Source: Azolla caroliniana (taxonomy: Eukaryota > Plantae > Polypodiophyta). From it: a stretch of 64,000 nucleotides of DNA. The DNA lies in assembly GCA_043228905.1 (NCBI GenBank), contig JBHGNT010000018.1:9486001-9550000 (forward strand), given 5' to 3'. How positions within the stretch are numbered: the stretch's first letter is position 1; the number at the start of each line of letters is the position of its first letter. Below are positions 23,729 through 36,127 of this stretch, one piece after another. Made by a program: the position numbers and the translations under genes. Under the pieces are notes generated by a model. It ran no database searches. It was given only the letters and a program-made list of their open reading frames with translations, and was not told the DNA's origin.

Positions 23729-25880
23729 CTAAAAATCCTCCCGGTTCTCGCAACCGAGGGATTCGCGGTTTCGCTCGTGGTTCGGCCGCACCGTCAGAAA
23801 TTGGACCGAATGGCGCCCGTCCTGGCTTTTGACCCTCGCGTAGGCTGAACCGTTGTCCAGCACCTTGGTCTCCATTCGCGCCGCCGTGATGTATGGTTCC
23901 CCTAATATGACCGGGTGCGAGGACGTCTCCTGTACGAAGAAGTGCTGGTCAATCTCGACGTCGCCGATCTTGACTCGCACGTTCGGGCAGGCCCCATGCA
24001 GTTCCTCGGTGGCGCGCGTCGCCGCCCGTATCTTCCACCCGTGCTTGGTGTTGATCGGCCACTTTCCCTTCTTATAGAAGTCCATGGACATTAGGTTTAT
24101 TTCCGAACCGTGGTCCACCAATGCTACCACCGGTTCCTGAACATCTCCGATCTTTACCGGGGTCTCAGTGGTCGCTCGGGCCCATTGCGGCCTTGAATAG
24201 TGGCTCTCCGCCCACTCATCTTCCAGCGCCATGTCGTCGATGTGCGTCGTCCGCACCTCCACCGGTCTTTCCGGTTCCGTCTCCGTCGACAGCCTCTTCC
24301 GTTTCACCAGGTCCACAATGGAGTCGTGGAACTCCTTCTTGGCGATCCCTAGCACCTCTCGCAATGACAGCTCCACTTTGCTGTCGAGGATCCGTTCTTC
24401 TAGGACCTTTCCTAGGTCCGTGGTCCTTTCTATTTCCGTCCCCAGTCGGTATCCGCCCTTCCTGGGGTTATCTTGCGAGCTGGACCCACCGGCATCGTTC
24501 CATCGTTGCCCGAATCGGGTCTCGTACCGTTGTGAGGGCCCGGCCGATCCGGCTTTCCCCACTCGTTTGTCTTCTACCAGAGCCTCGTAGTTCCGGCAGG
24601 CGGCCTCTACGAAGCCCGTCTTCTCCTCGACCGGGTCGCTCCACCCGGTTATTTCCCGGACCCGTCTCTCAGCGCGGTCCGTTTCATCTTTCCTTAGCCG
24701 TGCGCCGGCAAGACCTTCCAGCATTGCCGACCAGAATCCGTCTTTGCCCTCCTTTCGGGCCTCGCTGCCCCCGACCCGAATGCCGGCCGACGCCGAGTAG
24801 TGGATGGCCTCCACGTGTCGGGCCACTGCCTCTTCCATCAGTCTCTTCATTCCTCCTCGCCCATCGTTTCGGTTTAGGGCCCTTCTGGTGTCGCCGGCGT
24901 GCACCCGGCCTTCCCACAGGTACACCACCCGGTTCCTCAACGCTTCTGCGAAATCGCCGTAGTCCTTCCGGATGTGGCCGACCTCGTTGCACCACATGCA
25001 CCTGTTCCCTGCTACCGGCCGTCGGTCACGAGCCGGTTCGCCGCCTTCCCTTCGAGTCTGGGCGATCTGGAGATCCTTTATCGCCCGCGTCAACTCCTCC
25101 AGCGCTGCTCCTTCGGACGAGCCACTGACCATGCCGGTCGAAGCCGGACCTGTTTCGAGCCATTCCCGGGTTTCTTCCCTTCGCCCTTGCGGTGCTCGTT
25201 CAAGCCTCCTTGCTGTGACAGAGCCCGCACCAGCCGCCCCGTTGTCAGCCCATTCTCGCCGTTTGTCGAAACGGCCACATACTCTCTTAACTGCAGCCCA
25301 GTCGGTCGTCAGCCCGTCTCCGGTTTCCAGCAAGGATCCGACTTGATCCCGGTCCCGCTCGTCCACCGACTTGACGAACAGTAGGACCCGGCTCGTATCC
25401 AGAACGGTTCGGTCAAGCGCCGAAAGGCGCGCAAAGCGTTCTTCGAACTCCCGGAGGAGTGCCGACGCGTTTCTTCCCTTGCCGGGGGACTCCACCCATT
25501 CCATGAAGTCCCGTTTCGAAAGCCGGAGCGCGTCGTCCAGCCCGTATTTCTCTAGGAGTCGGCCTTCGAATTCCTCCTAGGTACGGCTCTCCGCCCGTAC
25601 CTCGAGCATCTCCGCATGGATTTTCGGCATCGCCACTCGAGGGAACCCGGCAAGACGCCTCTCTTCCGGAATGTCCCGCATCAGCATTTCGGCCCCGTAG
25701 GACGCCAAATGCTTCGTGGCATCCTTTCCGCTGAACCGGCCGATCGTACCGACGACCGCCTCAATGGCTCTGTCGAGGGCGCCGGAGCCCTCGCGTGCGC
25801 TCAATATCCGATCCACGGCCGAAGCCATGGCCTCCGCAAGATCCGACCCTTTCATCTTCTGCTCTTCTGCCGCCTTGTTC
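23729..25880 (-). pseudogene. Phygy-A gag-protease ORF1 (one internal stop at 25577)
   Basis: CMWCNEVGH knuckle and LVDHGSEIN protease; ends REDF* at a slippery site. Confidence 0.88.
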
Positions 25881-26513
25881 ACGTCGGGTTCACCAAGATG
25901 TCGAGGTATTCCTCGCGGATGCGTGGAATGAGACGGGACCTCGGGGGTCTTGTACCGAAGAGCAAGAGAGAAAGGAGAAGGGAACCCACTACGTGCGAGT
26001 GTAGATTCACAGGGACACGGCCCTTCGACACAAAGACGCGAGTGGGACAGCGACACAGAGAGACACGAATGTATGTATGTATTAACAAAGACAAACAACA
26101 AGAACACGAAGTCGGTTACAACCGAACAGGCCGGCGAACAGATGCCGATGCCTGTTCGTAAACGCACAAAAAGAAAGGAGTAGGTTGGAGGTGCTGCCGG
26201 AAGCACTCGGGCATTCCTTAGAGCAGCGCGAGCCTCCCGAAACCTGCACAGAAAGGAGCTATGGAGTTGGAAGAGAGAGAAGCCTTCGGCCCACAATCTG
26301 ACAGCACTTCGTCCTCTCTTACTTCGCGATTCCTTCCTCTTCCTCGTCTCCCTCCTTTTCTAGGCAAGAAGGGAGCAGTTTCCTATTAACTTCCTACCTA
26401 CTGAATCTGCCTACCTAGGATCTTCTACGTAGAACATAAGGCGTAATGCATGAAGAGCCGGTTCCTACGCTCCGGTGCACCGATTCCGCTTGTGGACGGT
26501 TTTCTTCACGACA

Positions 26514-27688
26514 CCGGGCTCGACCCTATGCTGAAGGGTTCACAGAAGTGGTAGGGAGGGAAATGTTGAAGCGAGGAAGGGGTCCACGATAAAAGATGAC
26601 ATCATCGGGGAGGCCATGCAAACGGATGACATTATTGAGGAGTATATGCGCCATTCCTTTGCCGGAAATGGTTTTTGAGCATGGAGTGAAGTGAGCCATC
26701 TTTGTAAACCGATCAACAACGACCAAAACGAAGTCATAACTATTGACCAAGGGTAGATAAGTTATGAGGTCCGTAGAGATAGAGGCCCATGGACGACTAG
26801 GGCATGGAAACGGCTGAAGCAAGCCATATGGCCGATGATGAGCAACTTTGGAGTGAGTGCAAACCTCACAAGTATTGATGTATTCATTGACTAACTTCCA
26901 TGGTTGTGGCCACCAGTACCCCCGAGAGATTAGTTCGAGGGTTTTTGCAACTCCGAAGTGACCTGCAAGGGGGTCATCGTGGCATTCTCGCAATACCTGA
27001 GTGCGACACGGGCCCTCCGGGACATATAAGAGATGATCGCGGAATAACAAACCATCTTGTATGGTGAAGTGGTCAAGTCCCATCCTTTTCGGTGTCTTGA
27101 AGGGATTTTGTAGACTATCTCGAATCTCGTTGGCAAATGCTTCAGATGTGGATGCATCGGTGATTTGTTGGAGTAATGAATCATCCTGGAACATACAAGT
27201 GACAAAAAGGTGCAATTGGTTGGGTTTCAACAAACAACGAGATTGTTGAGCATGAGCGACATCCCCGGGGCGATTGGCAAATTCAGCCCGACGAGAAAGA
27301 GCATCAGCCTTCCCATGTTGGCCACCAGGTCGAAATACGATCACAAAATCATAGTCGGCGAGAAATATCGACCAACGAGCCAACCTTCAATTCAAAGTAC
27401 GAGTAGTGGAAAAATAAATTAAATTCTTATGATCAATCAATATTTGGACACAATGTTGTGCTCTGGCCAATTAGGGGTGCCATTCTTCAAAGGCTACAAT
27501 GATAGCAGCAAGCTCCTTGTCATATATAGGATAATTGATTTTGGATGCCGTGAATTTGTGAGAGTAATAAGCCACTGGGTGCATTATGTTGGAGTCATTG
27601 GCATGGGATAAAATGGCACCAATGGCGAAGTCAGAGGCATCAGTTTCGACCTGGAAGGGTGATGTGGGGTCGACATGTAGAAGCACGG
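26514..27688 (-). pseudogene. Tcn1-A RNase H and integrase N-terminus/core fragment
   Basis: VETDASDFAIG, YDKELAAI, HDDPLAGHFG..CEVC, VVVDRFTKMAHF. Confidence 0.88.
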
Positions 27689-28917
27689 TGTCGTGAAGAT
27701 CCGTCACTACGTGCGGATCGTGAGGCGGAACCACCAGGGTTCTGGATCGGAAAGATTCGAAGTTTGCACTAGCTTTAGCGAGAAAATATTTAAGATAGAT
27801 TGAAAGAGAGAGAGATTGACATAAGATAGAACGCTTGACTTTTGATTGAGAGAGATTGAAATGGAGAGAGAGAGATTGAGATAAAGATTGAACCTTTGAC
27901 TTTAGATTTGAGGGACAAGATAAATCATCAATTGGATAACGAATTTTCTTCTTTTTTATTAAATTCTTGGTTAATACATCGCTGCCTTTGATATTTTTCA
28001 TCCACTCTTTTATAGACGCCCCCATGCATATGAGGGTACAAGACATGCATACAATGCATGGAATGCATGTGATGCATGTTTGCCATTTGGCGCTCATGCA
28101 TTACATGTGATGCATGATAACCATGTCACTCATTCAAGCTCTAATATGAGAATTTACATGTAAAAGTATAATGATAGAAAAAACATTTCTAAGGAGATGT
28201 TTTAGTTTAGTGGTAAGTCTATTGTCTCTTATCTTGGAAGTGCAAGGTTCAAGCCTTGCTTGCATCCCTTTGTATTAAAACTTTTACTAGGTTTTTTAGT
28301 CTAGATATTTTGTTCGTTTCACACCGAAATCGTCACGATCAACCTATTCGATCGATTCGTCTATACGGTCCGCATTCGACCCGGTGATCTGGTCTATCTG
28401 GTCCGGTTCCAGTGCTGGTCCTGGTCTCGGTTCGGCCACCATTCCAGTTCCGGTTCAGTCGCCGTCCGGTTCCGGTTCCGGCTCTGTCATTGTCTGTCCG
28501 GTTCTGTCGCTAGTTTTGTCACTGTCTGGTCACCCAAAACTGTTACGAGTAGTTAAGCCACAGTTTAGCCCAAGAACATTCCATGTTCCACTCATAAACA
28601 AAAAGTAATAAGTTCTGGCTCTGCTTATATACTGTGGGATCCTGATTTGTCCTATCTATGTGGGATATATCATAGTTTTGTTTTGTTTTGTTCTTCTCAA
28701 ACTTCACATTTACATAACTTGACATTTAGTTGTCCGTTTCAAATGTGGTAAAGTACATTTAGAAGCTCGTGAAGACCTCCATCTTCCCGTACCAAGATAT
28801 TAAGCTAATATAAAATAGTATCTTCACTATTATTGTTTCATGTCTTGTGTGAAGAACCACACTCGATTTTGTACATTCCTCGCAATTTTTACACCATTGC
28901 CGAAAATCTTCACGACA
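27689..28917 (-). mobile_element. Phygy-like solo LTR (1229 bp)
   Basis: 12-bp terminal inverted repeat TGTCGTGAAGAT..ATCTTCACGACA; flanks ACGG/ATAG (decayed 4-bp TSD that restores host TTTPVLLH); U5 motif shared with the other Phygy-like LTRs. Confidence 0.85.
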
Positions 28918-29395
28918 ATAGGGGTAGTGGTGAATGCGTGTTTGAGAGAGTCGAACGCATTTTGTGCCGTTGAGGTCCATAGAAAGGGAGTACCTTTGCA
29001 TGTGAGGGTGATAAGAGGATGGGCTAGAGTGGAAAACCCCTTGATGAAGCGACGATAAAAATTGGCGAAGCCAAGGAATGATTGCACATCTTTAAGTTGA
29101 GTTGGAGTCGCCCACTCCCGAATGACGGAAACCTTCTTCACATCCATCGTGATGCCAATGGGTGAGATGATGTAACCCAGGAATTCTATCGAGGTACGGT
29201 CAAATTCGCATTTCTCACTTTTGGCATAAAGGCCATGCTCCCGAAGTTTTGCGAGAACTAATCAGACTTGATGGGTGTGTTCCGCCATGTTTGGCGAAAA
29301 AATGAGAATATAATCTAGGTAGATGACCACAAAATGATCGAGATATTCCTGGAATATATCGTTCATCATATGTTGAAAAATAACTGGGGCATTAG
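28918..29395 (-). pseudogene. Tcn1-A RT C-terminal fragment
   Basis: [31 protein letters not shown]. Confidence 0.85.
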
Positions 29396-32300
29396 TGATG
29401 GAAATAATCGACACTTTCCAAACTTCACCTCTCGGCCACAACCAAGGAAACACACGAATCGTTGTTGCAGAAAATGGGAAATGCAAAGATAAATAAGTGG
29501 ACACACGATTTAACGTGGAAAACCCTGTACGGGAAAAACCACGGGAGTACAAGACTCCGAACCAAAACTATGCACAGAGAAATATACAATGGCGAGCTGC
29601 AAGGCGACGACCTTGAGCTCGCTGTCCTCGCCACAGGCGGCGGAATTACACAGAGGCGTCGACCTCTTCCTCTCTCACACTCTATCTCTCTCACGGCTGC
29701 TCTCTCTTCACTCCTCTTGAGTGGAAAAACAGAAAAATGAGTAGCAATATAAAAACTGTTTGCCCTAAGTCATATTTATACACATATGACTTTAGGGCTA
29801 TTTACAACTATAGCCTCAAGGGCCCTTGGCAAACATATTCACAGATATGTCCCCGCATCCGGATCTCTCTCCGGGTACATTCGTCATCCGGCTCCGAAGC
29901 CGGGGTCTTCATCATCCGGTTCCGAAACCGCAACCGGGCTTGTCGTCATTCATCTCCAGACATCCGACCATCCCATCCGGAGGGACCGTAATCCCAACAA
30001 ACTCCCCCTTCACTTCGGCATGGGATGTCTCTCCAATCCGATCCTCTTCCGGCATGCTTCCAGCTTGTCGGGTGTGAGCACCTTGGTCAGCATATCCGAC
30101 CCGTTCTCGTCCGTGTGGATCTTCGTCAGCACGAACTCCTTGTCTTCTATCCTTTCCCGGATCCAGTGATATCTTCGCTGGATGTGCTTCGTCCGGGAGT
30201 GATAGGCCGCGTTCTTCGCAAGGTGGATTGCACTCTGACTGTCGCAGTAGAGTCGGTACTCCTCCTGCCGGATACCGAGCTCTCTAATGAAGTCCTTCAT
30301 CCATATTATTTCCTTGCCGGCTTCAACAGCCGCCATGTACTCCGCCTCCGTGGTTGACAACGCAACCGTCTTCTGCAGCCTCGACTGCCATGAAACAGCT
30401 CCCCCTGCATACGTCATCACATACCTTGATGTGGACCGGCTGGTATCTGCATCAGCCGACATATCCGAATCGGTGAAGCCGTCGAGTTCGGGCTTACCGG
30501 AGCCGAATCGGAGGCACACGTTTGCCGTGCCCTTCAGGTATCGGAGTATCCACTTGGCCGCGTTCCAATGCTCTTTGCCGGGATTGCTCATGTACCGGCT
30601 CACCACTCCGACTGCATATCCTATGTCCGGTCGGGTACACACCATTGCGTACATCAAGCTCCCGACGGCAGAGGCATATGATACTTTCATCATGTCCTCC
30701 TTCTCAGCCTTTGTCTTGGGGCTCTGCTTGCTGGACAGCTTGCAGTTTGCCGGGAGTGTTGACCCGACCGGTCTTGCTTCCGACATGTTGAACCGGTGAA
30801 GCACCTTTGTCACGTACTTCTCCTGTGACAGCCACAACTGCTTCTTCTTCCGGTCCCGGATGATGTGCATCCCTAGTATTTGCCTCGCCGGACCCAGGTC
30901 CTTCATTGAGAAGGTTCGGTGAAGAGCCTTCTTCAGCATCCGTATCTTGACCTGGTCTCGTCCGACGATCAACATGTCGTCCACGTACAGGAGGAGTATT
31001 AGAAAGTCTCCTCCTTCGAACTTCTTCACAAACACGCAGTGATCGGACTGCGTTTTGTGGTACCCTTCGTCTGTCATGAAGGAGTCGAACTTCCGGTACC
31101 ATTGCCGGGGAGCCTGCTTCAGACCGTAAAGGCTCTTCTTCAACCGGCATACCAGGTGCTCCTTCCCTTTCTTCTCGAATCCTTCCGGTTGCTGCATGTA
31201 GATCTCTTCTTCGAGGTCACCGTGAAGGAATGCCGTCTTCACGTCCATCTGTTCTATCTCGAGGTCCATGCTTGCCGCTATGCTCAGCACCGTCCGGATG
31301 GAGGTCATCTTCACTACCGGGGCAAATATCTCGTCGAAGTCGACGCCCTTCTTCTGCTGAAACCCCTTCACCACGATCCTGGCTTTGTATCTCGGGGGGT
31401 TTCCGGCATCTCCCGGTTTCAGCTTGAACACCCACTTGTTACGGAGTGCCCGTTTTCCTTTCGGCAACTCCACAAGTTCATATGTGTGGTTCTCATGCAG
31501 GGAATCCATCTCCTCCTGCATGGCACTTAACCACCTGCGGCTATGGGTGTCATGCTTCGCTTCTTCAAAGCTCTCCGGCTCCCCCTCGTCGGTTAGCAGC
31601 ACGTGCTCTGGTTCCGGAAATCTCCGGGGAGCCCTTCTCTCTCTTAGAGGATATCTCCGTTCCGGAGCTTCGGTAACCGGTTCTTCCGATTCCTCTTCAT
31701 CCGAATCCATTTCGGGATCGGGGCCGGTTCCGGTATCATTTTCATCTTCTTCGGCCGGTTCTGTTTCTTCACCGTCTTCGGCTGGATCTTCGAGTGTTAA
31801 CCGGTCCCTTGCCGGTCGGGACTGCTCCTCATAGAGTTTATCCTCAGCGGTCGACTTGGAGCTCTTCATCTTCTTCTCCGACTCCCAGTCGGCGAGTGTC
31901 TTGTTCTCCATGAAGATGATATCACGACTCCGGAATATCTTCTTGTCGACCGGGTCCCATACTCGGTAGCCGAACTCGTCATCGCCGTAACCGAGGAATA
32001 TGCATGGCCGGGTCTTTGGATCTAGCTTTCCTCTCCGGTCCTTTGCCACATGCACGTATGCGAGACACCCGAACACCTTCATGTGCCGGTAGGATACTTC
32101 CCTACTGGTCCACACTCTCTGCGGCGTGTCTCCGTCCAAAGGTACTGAGGGTGATCTGTTTATCACGTATGTCGCCGTTGACATCGCCTCAGCCCAAAAC
32201 CCCTTGGGTAATTCCGCATGCGCCAGCATACTCCGGACCCTCTCCATTATGGTCCGGTTCATCCTCTTGGCCAGCCCGTTCAGTTCCGGCGTCTTCGGCA

Positions 32301-34717
32301 CAGTAAACTCGAGCCGGATTCCCTTCGAGCGACAGTACTCCGCGAACTGCCCCCGGTATTCCCCTCCGTTATCCGCTCGTATCGCTTTCAGCTTCTTGCC
32401 GGATTCCCTTTCCACTCTCGCGTGGAGTTCTTTGAAGACGCACAACACTTGGTCCTTTGTCTTCAACGGTGCCGTCCACAACTTCCGGCTGTGATCATCA
32501 ATGAATGTTACGAAGTACTGGGCTCCGCCATGTGACTTCGTTTCTACCTGACACACATCAGTGTGCACCAACTCCAATGGTGCGCTACGTCTCGTCGGTG
32601 GCCTTGAGTGGAAGGAGGTTCGGTTCTGCTTACCGGCCAGGCAATCGGTGCACTTCTCCAGGTGCACATGCTTCACTGGAATAAGGTTGTCTTCTGCAAG
32701 CCTCTTCATCCCCTTCTCACTCATGTGGCACAGTCTCTTGTGCCACAGCTCACCGGCAGTGTCGGCTGCCACGTTCAACTCTTCCGGACACAACCAGGCA
32801 TTCATAAGGTACAGTGTGTTGACTTTCCGGGCCCGAGACACTATCAGGCTCCCCTTGCTGAACTTCATTACGCCGTTCCGGATGCTACCTGAGTAGCCTT
32901 CATCGTCTAGCCTCCCGGCCGAAATCAGGTTCAATCGAACCTCCGGAACGTGTCGGACATCCTTCAGCAGCATTTTGCATCCGGTCGAGGTTGTCAACCA
33001 CACGTCTCCTATGCCGGCAATCCGGCACGTACCTTCATTTCCCATCCGAACACAGCCATGCTCACCGACTGTGTAGGATGAGAAGTATCTTCTCTCCGGG
33101 GTCAGGTGGAACGATGCTCCGGAATCGACCACCCAGGTCGTCTCATCGCCGGCAATGTTTAGTTCACCTTCTTCGGTGATGAGCATGATTTCTTCCTCAC
33201 TTACCGCGAGTGCCGTCGTTCCTTTCCGGTCCTGCCCTCGCCGATCCGGACCTCTCCGGTCCGTGGCTCCCCGGTATGCACCGTTTCTCTCCGGTGACTT
33301 CTTCGAATCGGTGTCGTCGGCTCCGTTGTCCTTTCGGTAATGCCGACAATTCTTCCGGAAGTGCCCCGGCTTCCCACAGTGGAAGCATGTGGGTCTTCCT
33401 CTTGACTGCGACCGGGTCCCCGACTTCTCCCGTCTTTGCGGACTCCGGTTCCATTGTCTTCCCCGTTCCGATTCGGTAAGCAGCGCCTTCGAGTCGGAGG
33501 CCGGTTCTTTATCTCTCCGACGCGCTTCTTTGTTCAAAATACTTGTCTTTACCGTTTGTAGGGACAAGTTATCTTCCGTGCAGGAGGTGCTGAGAGTCAC
33601 CACCAAGTTCTCCCAGCTTTCCGGCAATGTGCACATCAGAATGATGGCTTGCATTGCATCCTCCAGCGGGAACTTGATCGCCGCAAGCTGGTTCACGAAT
33701 CCCATGAACGTGCTTACGTGTTCCACCATACTCTCGCCGTCCCGGTACTTGAGGTTCACTATCTTCCTCATCAGGGAGGTCCGGTTCAACGCATTCTTCC
33801 TCTCGTAGAGGCCCGACAGCTTCCGCCACATCTCATATGCGTTGATGTCGTTCGCCACATGTTGTAGAACGCTCACGTCGACGTATTGCCGAATGGTTGC
33901 AACGGCTTTCTGGTTCAGAAGCCTCCATTCCGACTCAAGTACCCCCTTCGGTATTTCCGACCTGTCAATCGGTTCGTACACGTCCCGAACAATCAGAAGA
34001 TCCTCCATCTTGATCTTCCAGTCGGCGTAATTCTGCGCATTCAGCACCATCATCCCCGGCTGCCCGCTGCCGCCGCCTTCCATTTTCTGCAGCAGCTCAC
34101 TCTGATACCAAATTGATGGAAATAATCGACACTTTCCAAACTTCACCTCTCGGCCACAACCAAGGAAACACACGAATCGTTGTTGCAGAAAATGGGAAAT
34201 GCAAAGATAAATAAGTGGACACACGATTTAACGTGGAAAACCCTGTACGGGAAAAACCACGGGAGTACAAGACTCCGAACCAAAACTATGCACAGAGAAA
34301 TATACAATGGCGAGCTGCAAGGCGACGACCTTGAGTTCGCTGTCCTCGCCACAGGCGGCAGAATTACACAGAGGCGTCGACCTCTTCCTCTCTCACACTC
34401 TATCTCTCTCACGACTGCTCTCTCTTCACTCCTCTTGAGTGGAAAAACAGAAAAATGAGTAGCAATATAAAAACTGTTTGCCCTAAGTCATATTTATACA
34501 CATATGACTTTAGGGCTATTTACAACTATAGCCTCAAGGGCCCTTGGCAAACATATTCACAGATATGTCCCCGCATCCGGATCTCTCTCCGGGTACATTC
34601 GTCATCCGGCTCCGAAGCCGGGGTCTTCATCATCCGGTTCCGAAACCGCAACCGGGCTTGTTGTCATTCATCTCCGGACATCCGACCATCCCATCCGGAG
34701 GGACCGTAATCCCAACA
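29396..34717 (-). mobile_element. Ty1/copia element 1 (Tork/Tnt1-like), full length
   Basis: 604-bp LTRs 34114-34717 and 29396-29999 (about 5 transitions), TSD ATTAG, PBS TGGTATCAGAG (tRNA-iMet) at 34110-34100, PPT at 30000-30011. Confidence 0.96.
30010..34083 (-). CDS. Copia gag-PR-INT-RT-RH polyprotein (~1357 aa), integrase catalytic Glu mutated
   Basis: CFHCGKPGHFRKNC, VDSGAS, HTD..DNG..NGLAKRMNR, YVDD, DSD..EAEY..DSQ. Confidence 0.93.
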   Translation of the reverse strand: MEGGGSGQPGMMVLNAQNYADWKIKMEDLLIVRDVYEPIDRSEIPKGVLESEWRLLNQKAVATIRQYVDVSVLQHVANDINAYEMWRKLSGLYERKNALNRTSLMRKIVNLKYRDGESMVEHVSTFMGFVNQLAAIKFPLEDAMQAIILMCTLPESWENLVVTLSTSCTEDNLSLQTVKTSILNKEARRRDKEPASDSKALLTESERGRQWNRSPQRREKSGTRSQSRGRPTCFHCGKPGHFRKNCRHYRKDNGADDTDSKKSPERNGAYRGATDRRGPDRRGQDRKGTTALAVSEEEIMLITEEGELNIAGDETTWVVDSGASFHLTPERRYFSSYTVGEHGCVRMGNEGTCRIAGIGDVWLTTSTGCKMLLKDVRHVPEVRLNLISAGRLDDEGYSGSIRNGVMKFSKGSLIVSRARKVNTLYLMNAWLCPEELNVAADTAGELWHKRLCHMSEKGMKRLAEDNLIPVKHVHLEKCTDCLAGKQNRTSFHSRPPTRRSAPLELVHTDVCQVETKSHGGAQYFVTFIDDHSRKLWTAPLKTKDQVLCVFKELHARVERESGKKLKAIRADNGGEYRGQFAEYCRSKGIRLEFTVPKTPELNGLAKRMNRTIMERVRSMLAHAELPKGFWAEAMSTATYVINRSPSVPLDGDTPQRVWTSREVSYRHMKVFGCLAYVHVAKDRRGKLDPKTRPCIFLGYGDDEFGYRVWDPVDKKIFRSRDIIFMENKTLADWESEKKMKSSKSTAEDKLYEEQSRPARDRLTLEDPAEDGEETEPAEEDENDTGTGPDPEMDSDEEESEEPVTEAPERRYPLRERRAPRRFPEPEHVLLTDEGEPESFEEAKHDTHSRRWLSAMQEEMDSLHENHTYELVELPKGKRALRNKWVFKLKPGDAGNPPRYKARIVVKGFQQKKGVDFDEIFAPVVKMTSIRTVLSIAASMDLEIEQMDVKTAFLHGDLEEEIYMQQPEGFEKKGKEHLVCRLKKSLYGLKQAPRQWYRKFDSFMTDEGYHKTQSDHCVFVKKFEGGDFLILLLYVDDMLIVGRDQVKIRMLKKALHRTFSMKDLGPARQILGMHIIRDRKKKQLWLSQEKYVTKVLHRFNMSEARPVGSTLPANCKLSSKQSPKTKAEKEDMMKVSYASAVGSLMYAMVCTRPDIGYAVGVVSRYMSNPGKEHWNAAKWILRYLKGTANVCLRFGSGKPELDGFTDSDMSADADTSRSTSRYVMTYAGGAVSWQSRLQKTVALSTTEAEYMAAVEAGKEIIWMKDFIRELGIRQEEYRLYCDSQSAIHLAKNAAYHSRTKHIQRRYHWIRERIEDKEFVLTKIHTDENGSDMLTKVLTPDKLEACRKRIGLERHPMPK

Positions 34718-35110
34718 ATTAGTATGGCCGAAAAACATTACCTTGTATTCAAAATGCCCATATCGTGTTCGGAAGGCAGTTTTCCATTCATCACCGGGCT
34801 TGATGCATACCAGATTGTACGCGCCATGCAAATCAACTTTGGAGAAGACACGCACAATGCGGAGCCGGTTGAGGAGTTTGGGAATCAGAGGGAGTGGATA
34901 GTGGTTGCACACAGTGAATTTGTTGAGACCGCGATAATCTACACATAAGCGTAGAGAGCTGTCCTTCTTCTTCACGAATAATATTGGGGCCCCAGATGGC
35001 GACTTAGAAGGTTGAATAAATCCTTTCGTGAGGTTCTCATTGAGATACACTTGAAGGGCCTTTATCTCTGGTGCAGACAATCCATATATAGGACCAAAGG
35101 GTGGACACGC
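34718..35110 (-). pseudogene. Tcn1-A RT N-terminal fragment
   Basis: [37 protein letters not shown]. Confidence 0.88.
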
Positions 35111-36127
35111 TGTCGCGGAAATCCGCGAGTACGTGTCGGATCCGAGCGGGACCATCGGGGTCTTGGACCGGGGAGAGATGGGTTTCCGGAAGGTCGAGCT
35201 CTCTGGAGCCGGATATGCCGTCGAGACACCGGCCGGAGTAGTTCCGGATGCGACCTGGAGACAACCGATCCGGACGCGTTCCGGAATACGACTAGAATGC
35301 GTAGAGGGAGAGCACGCGCGTACACGCACTTGTTAGCCCTTCATAGCCGTATTTATAGAAGGATGATAGACTTAAGTATATATATTTATATGCATATTAA
35401 TAAGTATGCTGACTATGGTCCGGTTCACCGTGCTCATGTGCACGCTTGCACACACACATATATACATTGGGAAGAGGAAAACCCCGACACGCCGAACCGA
35501 ACACCAATGGTTTGCACAGAAAACACATAGAGAAGTTTTTATATATATTCGTACAAGATAAAGAGATACAACTCTGACCTCGAGCCGGACTAAGGTAGAT
35601 TAGGTTACAACAACCGTTTGCTGGCAAGCCACTGATCGGGGAGCTCTCGGGCTCGTCGCGCCGAGCAGGGTCTTGCACAGGAGATAGAGTGGAAGCGAAA
35701 TCCCCCTTAGGACATACAAGCTCCAAACCGGACTAAACCCTAAACAGACACGAAGACTCAACCCACACGACGACGACGACGAAGAAGACCTAGATGAAAC
35801 CCTAAAGAAAGTAAGTAAGAAAGAAATTAAGAAGAGAAACCTACCATATCTTGGACCTAAGTGGTAATCCCTCCTAACTCAAGATGGGCAACCCCCACAC
35901 AAGAAACCCTCCCTTCCTTTTATAGCACAAGGAGGGAGTGGTGTAACAATGTGGGATAAATATCCCTTATTACAAGGGATACTCTGTCCCGTTATTACTC
36001 ATATTCGGTGCCTTAAAGCCACCCTCTTCCTTTGTACATATTTTACAAGAGTGAGTGCACACGGTGCACTCTGCCGATATCCCCTACAACCTTGTTTTTC
36101 GCACTGTGGCCGTGAATCCTCACGGCA
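35111..36127 (-). mobile_element. Phygy-like solo LTR (1017 bp)
   Basis: TGTCG..CGGCA ends, exact 4-bp TSD ACGC, removal restores host QEDACPP; U5 motif like the LTR at 16217. Confidence 0.87.

Larger units (their letters stand above)
16840..23738 (-). pseudogene. Phygy-A RT-RNase H-integrase ORF (split by an insertion at 18354-22223; stops; integrase C-terminal deletion)
   Basis: DLYSGYDQF and FLDD RT motifs; VDTS RNase H; HDSPWAGHRG..CESCQ and MVD..DRG..KVE integrase. Confidence 0.9.
16217..26513 (-). mobile_element. Phygy-like Ty3/gypsy element A (tRNA-Trp primed)
   Basis: LTRs 25899-26513 and 16217-16832 (TGTCG..CGACA), 4-bp TSD CCGG, PBS TGGTGAACCCGACGTGAA at 25895-25878, PPT next to 16833. 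Confidence 0.93.

Noticed and set aside
23008-25384. Long antisense ORFs over Phygy-like and copia coding regions
   Set aside because: Expected shadows of GC-rich coding strands; no recognisable motifs.
28194-28268. tRNA-like segments as genuine tRNA genes
   Set aside because: No consistent anticodon stem-loop, acceptor stems weak or missing, and the segments are duplicated as part of the LTRs.
35845-35900. A-box-like CCTAAGTGGTAA in the solo LTR at 35111
   Set aside because: No convincing B-box at tRNA spacing.
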